Shown: positions 10,064 through 20,905, numbered from the stretch's first letter. The stretch is 64,000 bases of DNA from Candidatus Binatia bacterium (GCA_963664015.2 CAXXLF010000002.1:1920001-1984000), one strand, 5' to 3'. A program made the numbers and translations. The notes: a model not told the origin generated them from the letters alone.

Positions 10064-11451
10064 ATGCAAATCGATAGCCAAAAGGTGGAACACTATAGTT
10101 CCCGCTGGACCTTGCTCCTCTCCATGGTGGGCCTAGCGGTTGGCACCGGTAATATCTGGCGCTTTCCCCGGATTGCGGCCAAATACGAAGGGGGAGCCTT
10201 TCTGATCCCCTGGCTAGTTTTTCTCTTCCTCTGGTCCATCCCTATCATCCTAATGGAATACTCCATGGGGGGGAAAGCACGCAAGGGAGTGATCGGTTCG
10301 TTCGGTAAGCTCATCGGCCCTCAGTTCGCTTGGATGGGGGCCTTCGTCGGGTTCGTGTCGACGGCGACACGGGCACAAGGACTATCGAACGATTTTATCC
10401 AAGGTTATCAGCCAGTGCTATTTCATCTCCTGTCCATGAGCATAGGGACCTGAATTCTGTATCGGGGCGTTGTTAAGGGTATTGAAAGGGCTAATCGCCT
10501 TCTTGTTCCGACACTGTTAGTCCTGTTACTGATCCTGCTCGTCCGCGCCGTGACGCTGCCGGGGGCCCACCAGGGGATCGAGACCTTCTTCACGATCCGC
10601 TGGGAGCTGCTGCTCGATTACCGAAGTTGGTTGGACGCCTTGACCCAGAACGCCTGGAGCACGGGAGCGGGCTGGGGACTCATTTTGATCTACGTGGTCT
10701 ACATGGGGAGACGGGAGGATACGGTACTCAATTCGATCATTACCGCCTTCGCCAATCACTCCATTTCCCTCATCTTCGGAATTCTCGTCTTTGCCACGGT
10801 TTATGCCCTAATTCCGCTCCAGGCCCGTGAGGTGATGACGGAGCCAGGCCCCATGAACACAGGACTGGCCTTCATCTAGATTCCACAGCTCTTCACTCGG
10901 CTCCCCGCTGTATCGCTGTTCTCAGTCTTGTTTTTCTTTGCCTTGCTTCTTGCCTCCATGAGTTCTCTGATTGCTATGATCGAGCTTGCGGTGCGGTTGC
11001 TCAATGACGCTGGAGTGAAGCGTGAACGGGCCATTATCCTGGTTGGAGCTGTGGGCTTTGCCATGGGTGTTCCTCTGCGCTGAACGCATCGTTTTTTTTG
11101 CATCAGGATTGGGTTTGGGGTGTCGGCCTCGTGATCAGTGGTGCCTTTTCCACCTTCGCGGTCTTACGCTTCGGGGTGGGACGGTTTCGGGAGGCTTACG
11201 TTAACTCGGAGGACAGTGATTTGGTCGTGGGACGGTGGTATGTACCGCTGGTCAAATACCTGATCCCCATGGAGATCGTCGCCCTCATCGGTTGGTGGTT
11301 TTGGGCGGTGATTCTAGCCGACCCCGATGGCTGGTGGAAGCCCTTCCATGTCGAGTCCGTCGGCACCTGTTTGTTCCAATGGGGTACGGTGCTATTAGTC
11401 TTAATTGTCCTGAATCGCGGGATCGCTCGCAAGACCTTGGGGGAACTATGA
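10064..11451 (+). pseudogene. Sodium:neurotransmitter symporter (NSS/SNF) family transporter, disrupted
   Basis: GLAVGTGNIWRFP and GGAFLIP motifs; apparent internal deletion after FVSTA, in-frame TGA 10451-10453 and TAG 10877-10879, frameshift near 11075-11100. Confidence 0.85.
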
Positions 11452-11561
11452 GTACGGAGAGCCTGGTTACGATGTTCCTCGTGTTGGCCCTCGTTTGGGG
11501 AGGTCTTAGCGTGCTGCTTGTTTTGGCGCTTCGGCGAAAACGGCAAAAATCGGGAGATTAG
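11448..11561 (+). CDS. MetS-like NSS transporter small subunit (37 aa)
   Basis: MSTESLVTMFLVLALVWGGLSVLLVLALRRKRQKSGD: single TM with WGG, ATGA overlap with the NSS stop. Confidence 0.75.
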   Translation: MSTESLVTMFLVLALVWGGLSVLLVLALRRKRQKSGD

Positions 11562-11586
11562 AGGGAAGGGACAGTGCTCGATTGGA

Positions 11587-12405
11587 TTACGAATCTCCTT
11601 TTCCCAGCGCCCTGGACCGCTCCGTTGCCTGGGTGATGGCTTCCATCACGATTCCTTTCAAGCATCCCTTTTCGAGGGCGTAGAGACCCGCAATGGTGGT
11701 TCCACCGGGAGAGGTGATTTCATCCCGTAATTGGGCCAAGTGACTCTTTCGCTCCCGCGCCAGCTTGGCCGAACCATACACCGTCTGAAGGGCCAACTGA
11801 AGCGCGACTTCGCGGCTGAGACCCACCTGGACGCCACCGTCGGCTAGCGATTCGATGAACAGGAGTACATAGGCAGGACCGCTCCCACTCAAAGCAGTCA
11901 CAGCGTCCAGATGCTTTTCCTCCAAGACTAGGGCGCTTCCGACACTTTCGAGAATGCCACGGACACGTTCTTGATCCTTAGGTGTGGCATGGGTTCCCAA
12001 CGCGTATGCGGACGCGGCTTCACCCACGACACAGGGGGTGTTGGTCATGACCCGGACCACATGGGCACTTTTCTCTAGATCGTTTTCAATCTTGCTGATG
12101 GGGACTCCAGCGGCAACGGAGATCAAGAGCTTGGATTTGCCTAGATGCTTTGTCACTCCCTTCAGGACCGAAGGGACCAGAGCGGGTTTAACCGCGAGAA
12201 TCACAATATCCGCAAAGTCGCACGCCTCTGAGTTTTCGGAAGTGACCGCGATGCCAATCTCCTGTGCCAGGCTTTCCCGTGCCGTTGCTCGGGGCGCGCT
12301 GGCCATGATTTGATCCTTTTTCACAACGGCCGCGTTCAGCATCCCACGTATCAGGGCCGTGCCTATCTTTCCCGCTCCAATTACCCCAATCTTCTCAGGT
12401 AGCAT
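11587..12405 (-). CDS. proC: Pyrroline-5-carboxylate reductase
   Basis: IGAGKIG, ILAVKP, ALSGSGPAY and ITSPGGTT motifs. Confidence 0.95.
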   Translation of the reverse strand: MLPEKIGVIGAGKIGTALIRGMLNAAVVKKDQIMASAPRATARESLAQEIGIAVTSENSEACDFADIVILAVKPALVPSVLKGVTKHLGKSKLLISVAAGVPISKIENDLEKSAHVVRVMTNTPCVVGEAASAYALGTHATPKDQERVRGILESVGSALVLEEKHLDAVTALSGSGPAYVLLFIESLADGGVQVGLSREVALQLALQTVYGSAKLARERKSHLAQLRDEITSPGGTTIAGLYALEKGCLKGIVMEAITQATERSRALGKGDS

Positions 12406-12611
12406 TTATCCCTCCCTTAACGAATCAGCTTGATCGTTGGCCATGATCGGCGAGGATTCCATGAATGGATTCGAAAGGCAAGGTTGGGTTTTCTCATTCT
12501 CCGGCCAATTGCAAACCTTGCTTACGCGGGATCATTTCAATAGTATTGGTGTTGGACATTCCCAGGCTAGCTAAATAGCTAGCTGGATAGCTGGGTATAG
12601 GCGGAGGCCCT

Positions 12612-13154
12612 ATGAGCGATAGCGGTAGCGACGGCGAGTTCGTATTGAAAGAAGGTCCCAAGGAATTGATCCGGGTCTGGCGAAAGATCATGCTGGAGCC
12701 CCGGGAATTCTATCGCAACTTTCCGTCCCACGGGGGGTTCGAAAATCCTCTGGTGTTTTTGGGCCTATGCGCTGCCCTTTACTTTGGACTGAAAGTCATT
12801 GTGGTTGGCCTGGCGGGAGCCATCAATGCGCTCTTCCTGGTAAGTCTAGCCTATATTTTTGGGCCGGGCATTCTGATGTTGACCTGCCAGTATCTCTTCG
12901 AGGGGGAAGGGGACTATGAGGGAACCTTGAGGGTTTGCGCCTATGGGGGCGCCACTCTGGTGCTTGCGTGGATACCTACGGTAGGTATTTTCGGCTACCT
13001 TTATAGTTTCTATCTAATATTCCTTGGCACGCAGCGAGTGCACCACTTGGATCCAACCAAGTCCGCCATTGCAACACTCTCGGCGATACTGGTCACTACG
13101 GCAATCGTATTCTTTGTACTGGGAGAAGGAAGGATTCGCCACCCTCTTCTCTAG
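12612..13154 (+). CDS. YIP1-family membrane protein
   Basis: GGAGG RBS; LEPREFY...GGFENPLVF and GEGDYEGTLRVCAY motifs; about 5 TM segments. Confidence 0.75.
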   Translation: MSDSGSDGEFVLKEGPKELIRVWRKIMLEPREFYRNFPSHGGFENPLVFLGLCAALYFGLKVIVVGLAGAINALFLVSLAYIFGPGILMLTCQYLFEGEGDYEGTLRVCAYGGATLVLAWIPTVGIFGYLYSFYLIFLGTQRVHHLDPTKSAIATLSAILVTTAIVFFVLGEGRIRHPLL

Positions 13155-13197
13155 AGCCCATTCAGCTCTTTGGGGGGGGATAATGGGGCCTGACCGG

Positions 13198-13635
13198 TCA
13201 AGTGCTCTCGTCTTCCACGTCCGTTGCTGCGAGCCGCCGGTAGGTTCTTTCCTCGTCGGGTTTTCTAAGGAGCTTGGATTCCTTTTCCGTTTCTTCTTGG
13301 CATCGGACACAGAGACGAGTGAATGGAAGCACTTTGAGCCGTTCGATGCCAATTTCACCCTCGCAGTTGTCGCCTTCGCATTCACAGATCCCGTAGCTCT
13401 TATCCTCGATCCTTTGTAAGGCATCGTCGATGGCGACCAGTTTATCTCTGTCCCGATCATTGAGGATCATACTGATTTCACGATCCCTCTCGTCGCTGGC
13501 CAGGTCGTAGGTGTCCCGGCCTTCGTCCTTCAACCCCTCGCTTTCCTCTTTAAAGCCTATCCGGATTTCTCGGAGAAGCTGCTTCTTCATCTCGGTTAGC
13601 GATTCTTTTGTCTTCTTGAGAAAATCTTTTCTCAT
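13198..13635 (-). CDS. dksA: DksA/TraR family RNA polymerase-binding factor
   Basis: Coiled coil with DTYDLA tip, ALQRIEDKSYGIC, ERLKVLPFTRLCVRCQ. Confidence 0.85.
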   Translation of the reverse strand: MRKDFLKKTKESLTEMKKQLLREIRIGFKEESEGLKDEGRDTYDLASDERDREISMILNDRDRDKLVAIDDALQRIEDKSYGICECEGDNCEGEIGIERLKVLPFTRLCVRCQEETEKESKLLRKPDEERTYRRLAATDVEDEST

Positions 13636-13700
13636 GATTTAGAACTCTCCAAGAAAAAAATTGTTCAATCCCATAGTATCTCAGGTTCTATGGGTCCGAG

Positions 13701-14396
13701 TCAAGGCTTTCCTAACTCCACGGTGTCCACATCGCTGGGAACCTGGAGTCGAAACAAAGATTCCTTTAAACCCACGTCCCTCCGCATTTTTTCAAATATA
13801 ACCGTGGTGATGTTCCCCACGGCATCCTCGATCCGGGCCCACCGGATATCCAGCGCACCCTTGTCCATCCCAAGGGACAGCCCGCCGAGGTCCCCCAGAT
13901 CAACCTTGGGGGTGAGTCGAAGGATGTACAGGGCCCCTTCGGAATTGATTAGTTTACCTTTAAAATCCCTTTTCAAATCGCCGATTCCAAGGAGGAAGGC
14001 AAGGGGGGAATTCGAAAGGAACGCCTTGCTCAGCTGGGTTTTTAGGACCTGTTTCTGATCCGGCTGATAAAAATAGAGAAATTTGCCGTCCGCAAGGACC
14101 ACTTGTCCTTCCGGGTTATCGTAACGCCATAGCATTCTGCCCGGTTTCTTGAAGTAGACCCGTCCTGCCGCCTGAATTTTCCGGTTGAGCGTTTTTATCT
14201 CGGTTTCCTGCGTAAAATTAGCCTCGAAATCAGGGGTTGCCTCGTATCTCTTCTGGAGGCCGACAAGAACAGCCTCAGCGTTATTTTCGCCTTCCCCTCC
14301 ACTGGCCGGTGTTGGCGGGGCATAGGCAATATAGGCCAAAATAAACACAAAAACGGCGAAGGTTACAGTTTCTCTACTTTTCAATTTTCTGTGCAT
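13701..14396 (-). CDS. lolA: Outer-membrane lipoprotein carrier protein LolA
   Basis: FEANFTQ, KKPGRMLWRY and DGKFLYFYQP motifs; directly downstream of ftsK. Confidence 0.9.
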   Translation of the reverse strand: MHRKLKSRETVTFAVFVFILAYIAYAPPTPASGGEGENNAEAVLVGLQKRYEATPDFEANFTQETEIKTLNRKIQAAGRVYFKKPGRMLWRYDNPEGQVVLADGKFLYFYQPDQKQVLKTQLSKAFLSNSPLAFLLGIGDLKRDFKGKLINSEGALYILRLTPKVDLGDLGGLSLGMDKGALDIRWARIEDAVGNITTVIFEKMRRDVGLKESLFRLQVPSDVDTVELGKP

Positions 14397-16659
14397 GGAC
14401 CTCTCTCGGCTTGACTCCGTCCGCCGGGCCTATCACGCCGTCCTTTTCCATTTGCTCGATTATTCGGGCCGCCCGATTGTACCCTACCCGTAGTCTCCTC
14501 TGAATCATGGAGATTGAGGCTTGTTGGGACTCGCAGACCAGCTCCACGGCGGTATCGTACATCTCATCGTAGTTTTCCTCTCCATTGGCTGCCTCGGTGT
14601 CATTTTTGGCTTCGAGGATCTCCTTGCGGTACCGAGGCTGGGCTTGATGTTTGATGAATTGGACGACCTTTCCAATCTCCCGATCGGAGACATAGGCACC
14701 ATGAATTCGAATCGGCCGGGCTACACCGGGAGGGAGGAGCAGCATATCTCCGCCCCCAAGAAGCCGCTCGGCACCGATGCTGTCCAGGATGGTGCGCGAG
14801 TCGACGCGAGAGGTTGTCTGAAAAGAGATACGAGCGGGGAAATTGGCTTTGATCAAGCCCGTAATGACGTCGACCGATGGCCGCTGCGTTGCCAGGATCA
14901 TGTGAATGCCGGCGGCCCGGGCCTTCTGGGCCAGACGGGTGATATGCTCTTCAACGTCCCTTCCCCCGGTCATCATCAAGTCAGCCAGTTCGTCAGCGAC
15001 GATCACGATCCGAGGTAGCCGTTCGTGAACCAAGGGGGCTTGCTCTTCCAAGTTGCCGCCGGGCGTTTCCTCCTCCTTCTTGTCTTCGTCCTCTTCGACG
15101 TCTTCTAGTTCTATGAAATTTTCTTTGGCGGATTCCCGCGCGAGAATACGGTTGTATTGTTCGAGGTCTCTAGCCCCCTTGTCGCGTAAGAGTCGATAGC
15201 GCCGATCCATCTCCTGGATGGCCCAAAACAGTGCCGCTGTAGCCTTTTTAGGGTCGACCAGCACGGGAACGAGCAAGTGGGGGAGACCATCATAAATTGA
15301 GAGTTCCAGCATCTTTGGATCGATCATGATGAACTGGACGTCTTGAGGGGTTGCTTTGTAAAGGACACTGAGGATCATGGCATTGATGGCTACTGATTTC
15401 CCGGATCCGGTAGCCCCGGCGACCAGGAGGTGGGGCATGCGCGCGAGGTCGGTTACGAAGGGAGAGCCGGCGGTGTCTTTGCCGATTGCCAGTGTCAGCT
15501 TTGACTCGGCGTTTCTATAGCTTTTATCGTCGAGCAGCTGCTTGAGGAACACCTTCTCCCGCTTGGGGTTGGGGATTTCTATCCCCACCACGGACTCGCC
15601 GGGTATGGGGGCAAGGATCCGAACGCTCATCGCCCGCAGCACCATGGAGAGGTCATCGGCCAGTGTTACGATGCGCCTGACCTTGACCGAGGGTGCGGGT
15701 TTGAACTCGTACATGGTAATGACCGGACCGGGGCGTACCGCAACAACTTCGCCTTCCACTCCGAAATCTGTCAGTTTTTTTTGTAGGATTAGCGAGTTTG
15801 ATTCCAGGGTCTCCCGATCGACCTTGACTTGCCTACCGTCAGGAATGTCTAGAAATCCCAACGAGGGCAGTGTGTACCCCTGCGTTAATTCGGGAAGCTC
15901 GAACTGCTCTTGTACTTTGGGGGGTCTCTTCTTCGCTTTTCCAGGAGGCTCTTCAACTTCGGGTTCATTTTTGACAAGGATCGGTGGAAATTTGAATTCC
16001 TGCCGTTCCTTCTTCTTGTTTTCTGTGTTCTGTTTTTCTCTTCGGTCGCGTAGAATTTGGGCTGCCCTTTGGACTAACGTTTGGATCCCTTGACATGTCA
16101 TCCCGATACCGTCACGGATCTTTTCTACGGTTGTTTCCAGGGCATTGACCAGGGAGATCTGTGATGCCAACATCCCCGCCAGTAGTAGTAAAGAAGCGGC
16201 AATCAAATACGTGCCACCTTGGCCGAATAGGGAATTCAAGATTTGCTGGGAGAAACCGCCCACAATGCCCCCTGCGTCACTGGCGACGTCTGCCTTGCGA
16301 AACAGGCTCAAAAAGATCGCACCGCTCCAAAGCAGAAATCCATAGCCGACGAACTTGGAAAACCGCAGCCCGCCCCGGCTCTCTCGAAAGATTTGAAACG
16401 AGCCCAGAATAAGGAACGGCGGTAGGAGATAGGAGGCCAGTCCGAATCCCTGAAGTAACAAATCCGCCAGATAGGCCCCAACGACACCGCCCCAATTGGC
16501 CGTGCGCACGACGCCTGAGGGGGTGTTGAAGGACCGGTCGCCTGCATTATAAGAGATCAGACTCAGGATAAGCAGGAGAGCGAGGACTCCAATGACCACT
16601 CCCCAGATTTCTCGAATCAGCCTGGATCCGTCTCCCATATGACTTTCTCTTGCTGCCAT
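14374..16659 (-). CDS. ftsK: DNA translocase FtsK
   Basis: N-terminal TM domain, PHLLVAGATGSGKS, ATQRPSVDVITG and gamma domain GYNRAARIIE. Confidence 0.97.
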   Translation of the reverse strand: MAARESHMGDGSRLIREIWGVVIGVLALLLILSLISYNAGDRSFNTPSGVVRTANWGGVVGAYLADLLLQGFGLASYLLPPFLILGSFQIFRESRGGLRFSKFVGYGFLLWSGAIFLSLFRKADVASDAGGIVGGFSQQILNSLFGQGGTYLIAASLLLLAGMLASQISLVNALETTVEKIRDGIGMTCQGIQTLVQRAAQILRDRREKQNTENKKKERQEFKFPPILVKNEPEVEEPPGKAKKRPPKVQEQFELPELTQGYTLPSLGFLDIPDGRQVKVDRETLESNSLILQKKLTDFGVEGEVVAVRPGPVITMYEFKPAPSVKVRRIVTLADDLSMVLRAMSVRILAPIPGESVVGIEIPNPKREKVFLKQLLDDKSYRNAESKLTLAIGKDTAGSPFVTDLARMPHLLVAGATGSGKSVAINAMILSVLYKATPQDVQFIMIDPKMLELSIYDGLPHLLVPVLVDPKKATAALFWAIQEMDRRYRLLRDKGARDLEQYNRILARESAKENFIELEDVEEDEDKKEEETPGGNLEEQAPLVHERLPRIVIVADELADLMMTGGRDVEEHITRLAQKARAAGIHMILATQRPSVDVITGLIKANFPARISFQTTSRVDSRTILDSIGAERLLGGGDMLLLPPGVARPIRIHGAYVSDREIGKVVQFIKHQAQPRYRKEILEAKNDTEAANGEENYDEMYDTAVELVCESQQASISMIQRRLRVGYNRAARIIEQMEKDGVIGPADGVKPREVHAQKIEK

Positions 16660-16700
16660 CGGCAATTAGGAGCAGCACGACCAAAGGGCGTGCCCCTCGC

Positions 16701-18356
16701 TTACATCTCCATGATCAGTGGAACGACCATCGGTCGTCGACGTATAGTTTTATTAAAATAACGGCGTAGCACTTTTCGCACCTTTTCCTTGAGTTTGGTC
16801 GGATCGGTTCGGGTCTCCTGGCTCAGACCGTTAAGGGACTTTCGCACGAGGAACTTGGCCTGTTCCATGATTTCGTCCCCTTCCTCGGCCCGTATGAATC
16901 CACGGGAGATCAGATCGGGCCCTGCCACCAGTTCTCCGGTTTGTTGATGAATCGCCATAACAGCAAGGACCATTCCATCCTCCGACAGGTGACGGCGATC
17001 CCGAATGACCACATCTTCCACATCACCGATTCCATTGCCGTCCACAAAGACCTTCCCCACCGGGACAGGGTCGGAGCGGTGGGCTTCATTGGGTGTTATC
17101 TCCAGCACGGAGCCGTTTTCCAGGAGGAAACAGTTGTCTTGGGGGATTCCTGTCCCCTGGGCTAGCTGTAGATGTTTGATCATTTGACGGTATTCGCCAT
17201 GAATGGGGATAAAGTATTTTGGGCGCGTTAATTGTAACATGGTTTTCAATTCGTCTTGGCTCGCGTGCCCCGAAACATGCACGTCGGAAACCGTCTCGTA
17301 ATGCACCTCAGCGCCCCGTCGGTAGAGGTGGTTGATCAGGTTTGCAATGGTCTTCTCGTTGCCAGGAATAAATTTTGCTGACAGGATGACCGTGTCCCCG
17401 GGCTCAATTTTGATCCACTTGTGATCGTCCAAGGCTACCCGGTGAAGGACCGACATTGGCTCTCCTTGACTCCCAGTGGTTAGAAAAACCACCTGGTCGG
17501 CGGGAAGGTCTTGCCACTGTTCGCTTTCGGTCATGACATCGGAGGGCAATCGGAGGCAGCCCAGATCCGAGGCGATCCGCGAGTTGTTCAGCATGCTTCG
17601 ACCGCTGAGCACGAGTGTTCGGCCGGAATCTTCGGTCACATCGGCCACCTGTTGAATGCGGGGGAAATGGGAGGAAAACGTCGCAACGAAAATTCTCCCC
17701 TTACAGCCCTCAAAGACGTCATTGAGGTTGCGCCCCACTTCCCGCTCGGAGCGCGTGTGTCCGCTGCGTTCCACATTGGTGGAGTCGGAGAGGAGCAAGA
17801 GAACCCCTTTGTCCCCATAGGCGGAAAAACTATCGAAGTCGAACTGCTCCCCCTCCATGGGGGTCTTGTCGATCTTGAAGTCACCGGTGTGAATAACCAC
17901 ACCGACGGGAGTTTCAATGGCTAGGGCAATGCATTGGAGAAGGCTATGGGTTACGGAGATTCCTTGCAGCTGAAACGGCCCCAGGTCCCACCGTTTGCCC
18001 GGAGTGATCTCACGGAACTCGGTGCTCTTTTCCAGGCCATGCTCTCGAAGTTTGTGACGTAAGAGGGCCAGGGTGAGACGGGTACCGTATATGGGGACCG
18101 GAAGCTGGCTTAACAAGTAGGGCAGGGCGCCGAAGTGATCTTCGTGGGCATGGGTTAAGACAATGCCCTTAAGCTCTTTTTTTCTTTCCGTCAGGTAGCT
18201 TATGTCGGGAATCACGAGGTCAATGCCCAGGAGATCCGTGCCGGGGAACATCAGGCCGCAGTCGATGGCGATGACGGCCTCCCCGTACTCCAGAAGCATC
18301 ATGTTGTTGCCAAACTCACCTAGCCCTCCCATAGGGATGATTCTCAGTGGATCCAC
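16701..18356 (-). CDS. rnj: Ribonuclease J
   Basis: GGLGEFG, THAHEDH, HTGDFK, TGSQGEP and HVSGH motifs. Confidence 0.97.
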   Translation of the reverse strand: MDPLRIIPMGGLGEFGNNMMLLEYGEAVIAIDCGLMFPGTDLLGIDLVIPDISYLTERKKELKGIVLTHAHEDHFGALPYLLSQLPVPIYGTRLTLALLRHKLREHGLEKSTEFREITPGKRWDLGPFQLQGISVTHSLLQCIALAIETPVGVVIHTGDFKIDKTPMEGEQFDFDSFSAYGDKGVLLLLSDSTNVERSGHTRSEREVGRNLNDVFEGCKGRIFVATFSSHFPRIQQVADVTEDSGRTLVLSGRSMLNNSRIASDLGCLRLPSDVMTESEQWQDLPADQVVFLTTGSQGEPMSVLHRVALDDHKWIKIEPGDTVILSAKFIPGNEKTIANLINHLYRRGAEVHYETVSDVHVSGHASQDELKTMLQLTRPKYFIPIHGEYRQMIKHLQLAQGTGIPQDNCFLLENGSVLEITPNEAHRSDPVPVGKVFVDGNGIGDVEDVVIRDRRHLSEDGMVLAVMAIHQQTGELVAGPDLISRGFIRAEEGDEIMEQAKFLVRKSLNGLSQETRTDPTKLKEKVRKVLRRYFNKTIRRRPMVVPLIMEM

Positions 18357-18363
18357 GGGTGCT

Positions 18364-19137
18364 TCACTCCTTAGTCAACGGGGATACGGTGACCCCGGCC
18401 TGTGCGTCGGTTGTGCTATCGCCGGGAAAGGGCAAAGGGCTTTGCCTTTGGCTCTCTATCTCTGTGCGCACGCTTTCCATCAGTTCTTGTATGTTGCCCA
18501 CGCGATACTGGTTCATAGACTTTGGCTCACCCACGATCACGTCAATCTTTCCCTTTTGGACTCGCCAATCGCTCCGGGGCCAGATGTCGGCAGAACCGAT
18601 AATGGTGACCGGGACTACCGGAACTTGTGTCTTCAGGGCAAGCACGAATCCGCCTTTTTTGAACGGTAGCAGTTCTCCATGAGAGCTGCGGGTCCCTTCG
18701 GGGAAGATCACCACCGAAACCCCTTCCTTGATCCTCTTCTGGGCCTTCCTTAGGCTGGCTCTAGCCTTGGCGAGATTAAATCGATCCACGACGATATGTT
18801 TGGCACTCCACATAGCCCAGCCAAAGATAGGAATCCGAAGCAACTCTTTCTTGGCAATCCATCGCAGTTGAAAACCTGGAAGGGCTTGAATCATTGTCGG
18901 AATATCGATATAGCTCTGATGATTGGCGATGAAGATATATTGACGATGGGGATCCAGTCGCTCCAGACCATGCGCGCTTAGACGAATCCCCCCGATCTTG
19001 AGTATTCCCCAGGCCCAGTAAGTGACAACCCGGTTGGCAAGCCTTCCAGTGCGGTCGAAAGGGCCCAATGCAATGAGCACAATTCCTGTGGCGGTACTGA
19101 GCAGGCCTATAAGCGATAGCTTGAGGCTATAGGGCAT
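18364..19137 (-). CDS. plsC: 1-acyl-sn-glycerol-3-phosphate acyltransferase
   Basis: NHQSYID and FPEGTRS motifs. Confidence 0.9.
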   Translation of the reverse strand: MPYSLKLSLIGLLSTATGIVLIALGPFDRTGRLANRVVTYWAWGILKIGGIRLSAHGLERLDPHRQYIFIANHQSYIDIPTMIQALPGFQLRWIAKKELLRIPIFGWAMWSAKHIVVDRFNLAKARASLRKAQKRIKEGVSVVIFPEGTRSSHGELLPFKKGGFVLALKTQVPVVPVTIIGSADIWPRSDWRVQKGKIDVIVGEPKSMNQYRVGNIQELMESVRTEIESQRQSPLPFPGDSTTDAQAGVTVSPLTKE

Positions 19138-19298
19138 TGAAGGGCTAAGGATTAGTTTAAAGTTTTAAGCAATTGTGGCAAGATACTTTAATCTATTGCC
19201 CGGAGAAAAGCAATAAAACCCAATTTTTTTATTGACTAGGGGGAGGGCCCGGGACTAATGTCACCTTTCCGTCAAGTGAAAAGGAACAGGAGAACGCC

Positions 19299-19739
19299 AT
19301 GTCGGTAAATAAGGTTATGCTCATCGGTAATCTGGGTAAAGACCCGGATGTTCGTTTTACTTCCAATGGGCGGGCGGTAGCCCGTTTTCCCGTTGCGACC
19401 TCGGAAGTATGGGTCGATGCGGAGGGGGTACGCCAGGAGAGGACCGAATGGCACAACATTGTTGTCTGGGGCAAGCAGGGAGAGACCTGTGGGCAATACC
19501 TGGCCAAGGGAAGGCAGGTATTCGTCGAGGGAAGCATACGTAGCCACTCCTATGACGACAAAAGTGGTGTCAAGCGGTACATGACCGAGATCGTGGCGCA
19601 GAGGGTTCGTTTCCTGGGTGGGGGTGGGGGAGCGCGTATAGCGCCGGAGGCAGAAAAGGCCTCGCAGTCGGAAGCGGCGCCGCAGGAGTCTCCCATGGCT
19701 GGTGACGCGCCACCCTTTGATGATGATATCCCCTTCTAA
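19299..19739 (+). CDS. ssb: Single-stranded DNA-binding protein
   Basis: VNKVMLIGNLGKDP OB-fold start and DDDIPF tail. Confidence 0.97.
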   Translation: MSVNKVMLIGNLGKDPDVRFTSNGRAVARFPVATSEVWVDAEGVRQERTEWHNIVVWGKQGETCGQYLAKGRQVFVEGSIRSHSYDDKSGVKRYMTEIVAQRVRFLGGGGGARIAPEAEKASQSEAAPQESPMAGDAPPFDDDIPF

Positions 19740-19821
19740 ACTATCATAGTCCTTCCCTAATCGATCCGCTGGGTGCTTCCTGGCGGACTCAGGCTGCGGA
19801 GAGACCTCCTCGGGGTCCCCG

Positions 19822-20799
19822 CTACACCACTCGATTTCTAAATTTGCCTCGGAGGAAGGCTCGCAGATTCGCGGCCACTTCCTTGATGAGACGCTCGCGG
19901 GCCTCAGCGGCAGTCCATGCGCAGTGGGGTGTTACCCATAGATTGTCCAACTCCCGGGCAGCCCTGAGGAGCGGGTTCTCATCTGAGGGGGGTTCTTCAG
20001 CGATAACATCCAGGGCGGCGCCGGCGCCTCTTTCTCTTCTCAACCACTGGATGAGGGCAGTTTCATCGACCAGTGCGCCTCGAGCCGTATTGACGAGTAA
20101 AGCGGTTGGCTTCATAAGGGCGAGCGTCCGGTTGTTCATGAGATTCCGTGTATGCGCCGTCAAAGGGCAGTGGAGCGTTACGATGTCCGATATCGCCAAG
20201 AGGTCCTTTAAGGGAAGCCGGTTTCCAGAGATGGAGTTCCCAGTACCCGGCCTCTGACACACACGTACGCGCATCCCCATCCCCCGGGCCATGCGGGCAA
20301 CGGCCATGCCGATATTGCCGTATCCGATAATACCAATTGTTTTGCCGTGGAGTTCCACAGACCGAAAATCCAGTCGCGTGAACATAGGGCTCTTCTGCCA
20401 CAGGCCTTGACGAACGATTTGCCCGTATTTGCCCGTATGAGTGGCCATCTCGAGGATCAACGCCATGGTGAATTGGGCCACGGCGTGAGTCGCGTATCCC
20501 GGGACGTTGCAGACTCCGATGCCCCGGCTCTTAGACATCTTGAGGTCCACCCTGTCCGTTCCGGTTGCCGCCACCGCAATCAGCTTGAGCTCCCGGGTCT
20601 CGGGCAGTTGGAGGAGTGATCGGTCTAGAGCAATCTTATTAATGACGATGGCTCGACATCCCTTTAACCGTTTGGCCACTTCATCTGGAGAGGAAAGCCT
20701 GTGGATAGTGCAATCCCAATGGGTCTTGAAGCGGTCCAAGGAGGTATCTCCGAAGGTGGCGGCGTCTAAAAAGACCAGACGTGGTCGGGTTGGATTCAT
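19822..20799 (-). CDS. D-2-hydroxyacid dehydrogenase (glycerate dehydrogenase / hydroxypyruvate reductase-like)
   Basis: GIIGYGNIG, TLHCPLT, NTARGALVDE and TPHCAW motifs. Confidence 0.85.
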   Translation of the reverse strand: MNPTRPRLVFLDAATFGDTSLDRFKTHWDCTIHRLSSPDEVAKRLKGCRAIVINKIALDRSLLQLPETRELKLIAVAATGTDRVDLKMSKSRGIGVCNVPGYATHAVAQFTMALILEMATHTGKYGQIVRQGLWQKSPMFTRLDFRSVELHGKTIGIIGYGNIGMAVARMARGMGMRVRVCQRPGTGNSISGNRLPLKDLLAISDIVTLHCPLTAHTRNLMNNRTLALMKPTALLVNTARGALVDETALIQWLRRERGAGAALDVIAEEPPSDENPLLRAARELDNLWVTPHCAWTAAEARERLIKEVAANLRAFLRGKFRNRVV

Positions 20800-20905
20800 G
20801 TTATAAGTCCCTCACCGAATCTTAATGCAACGTCGTCGATCCTGTCCAGCTCCGTCCTTTATGAAGATCATTGACCCAGTGACGAAAAGCCATTAGCTTT
20901 TTTGC

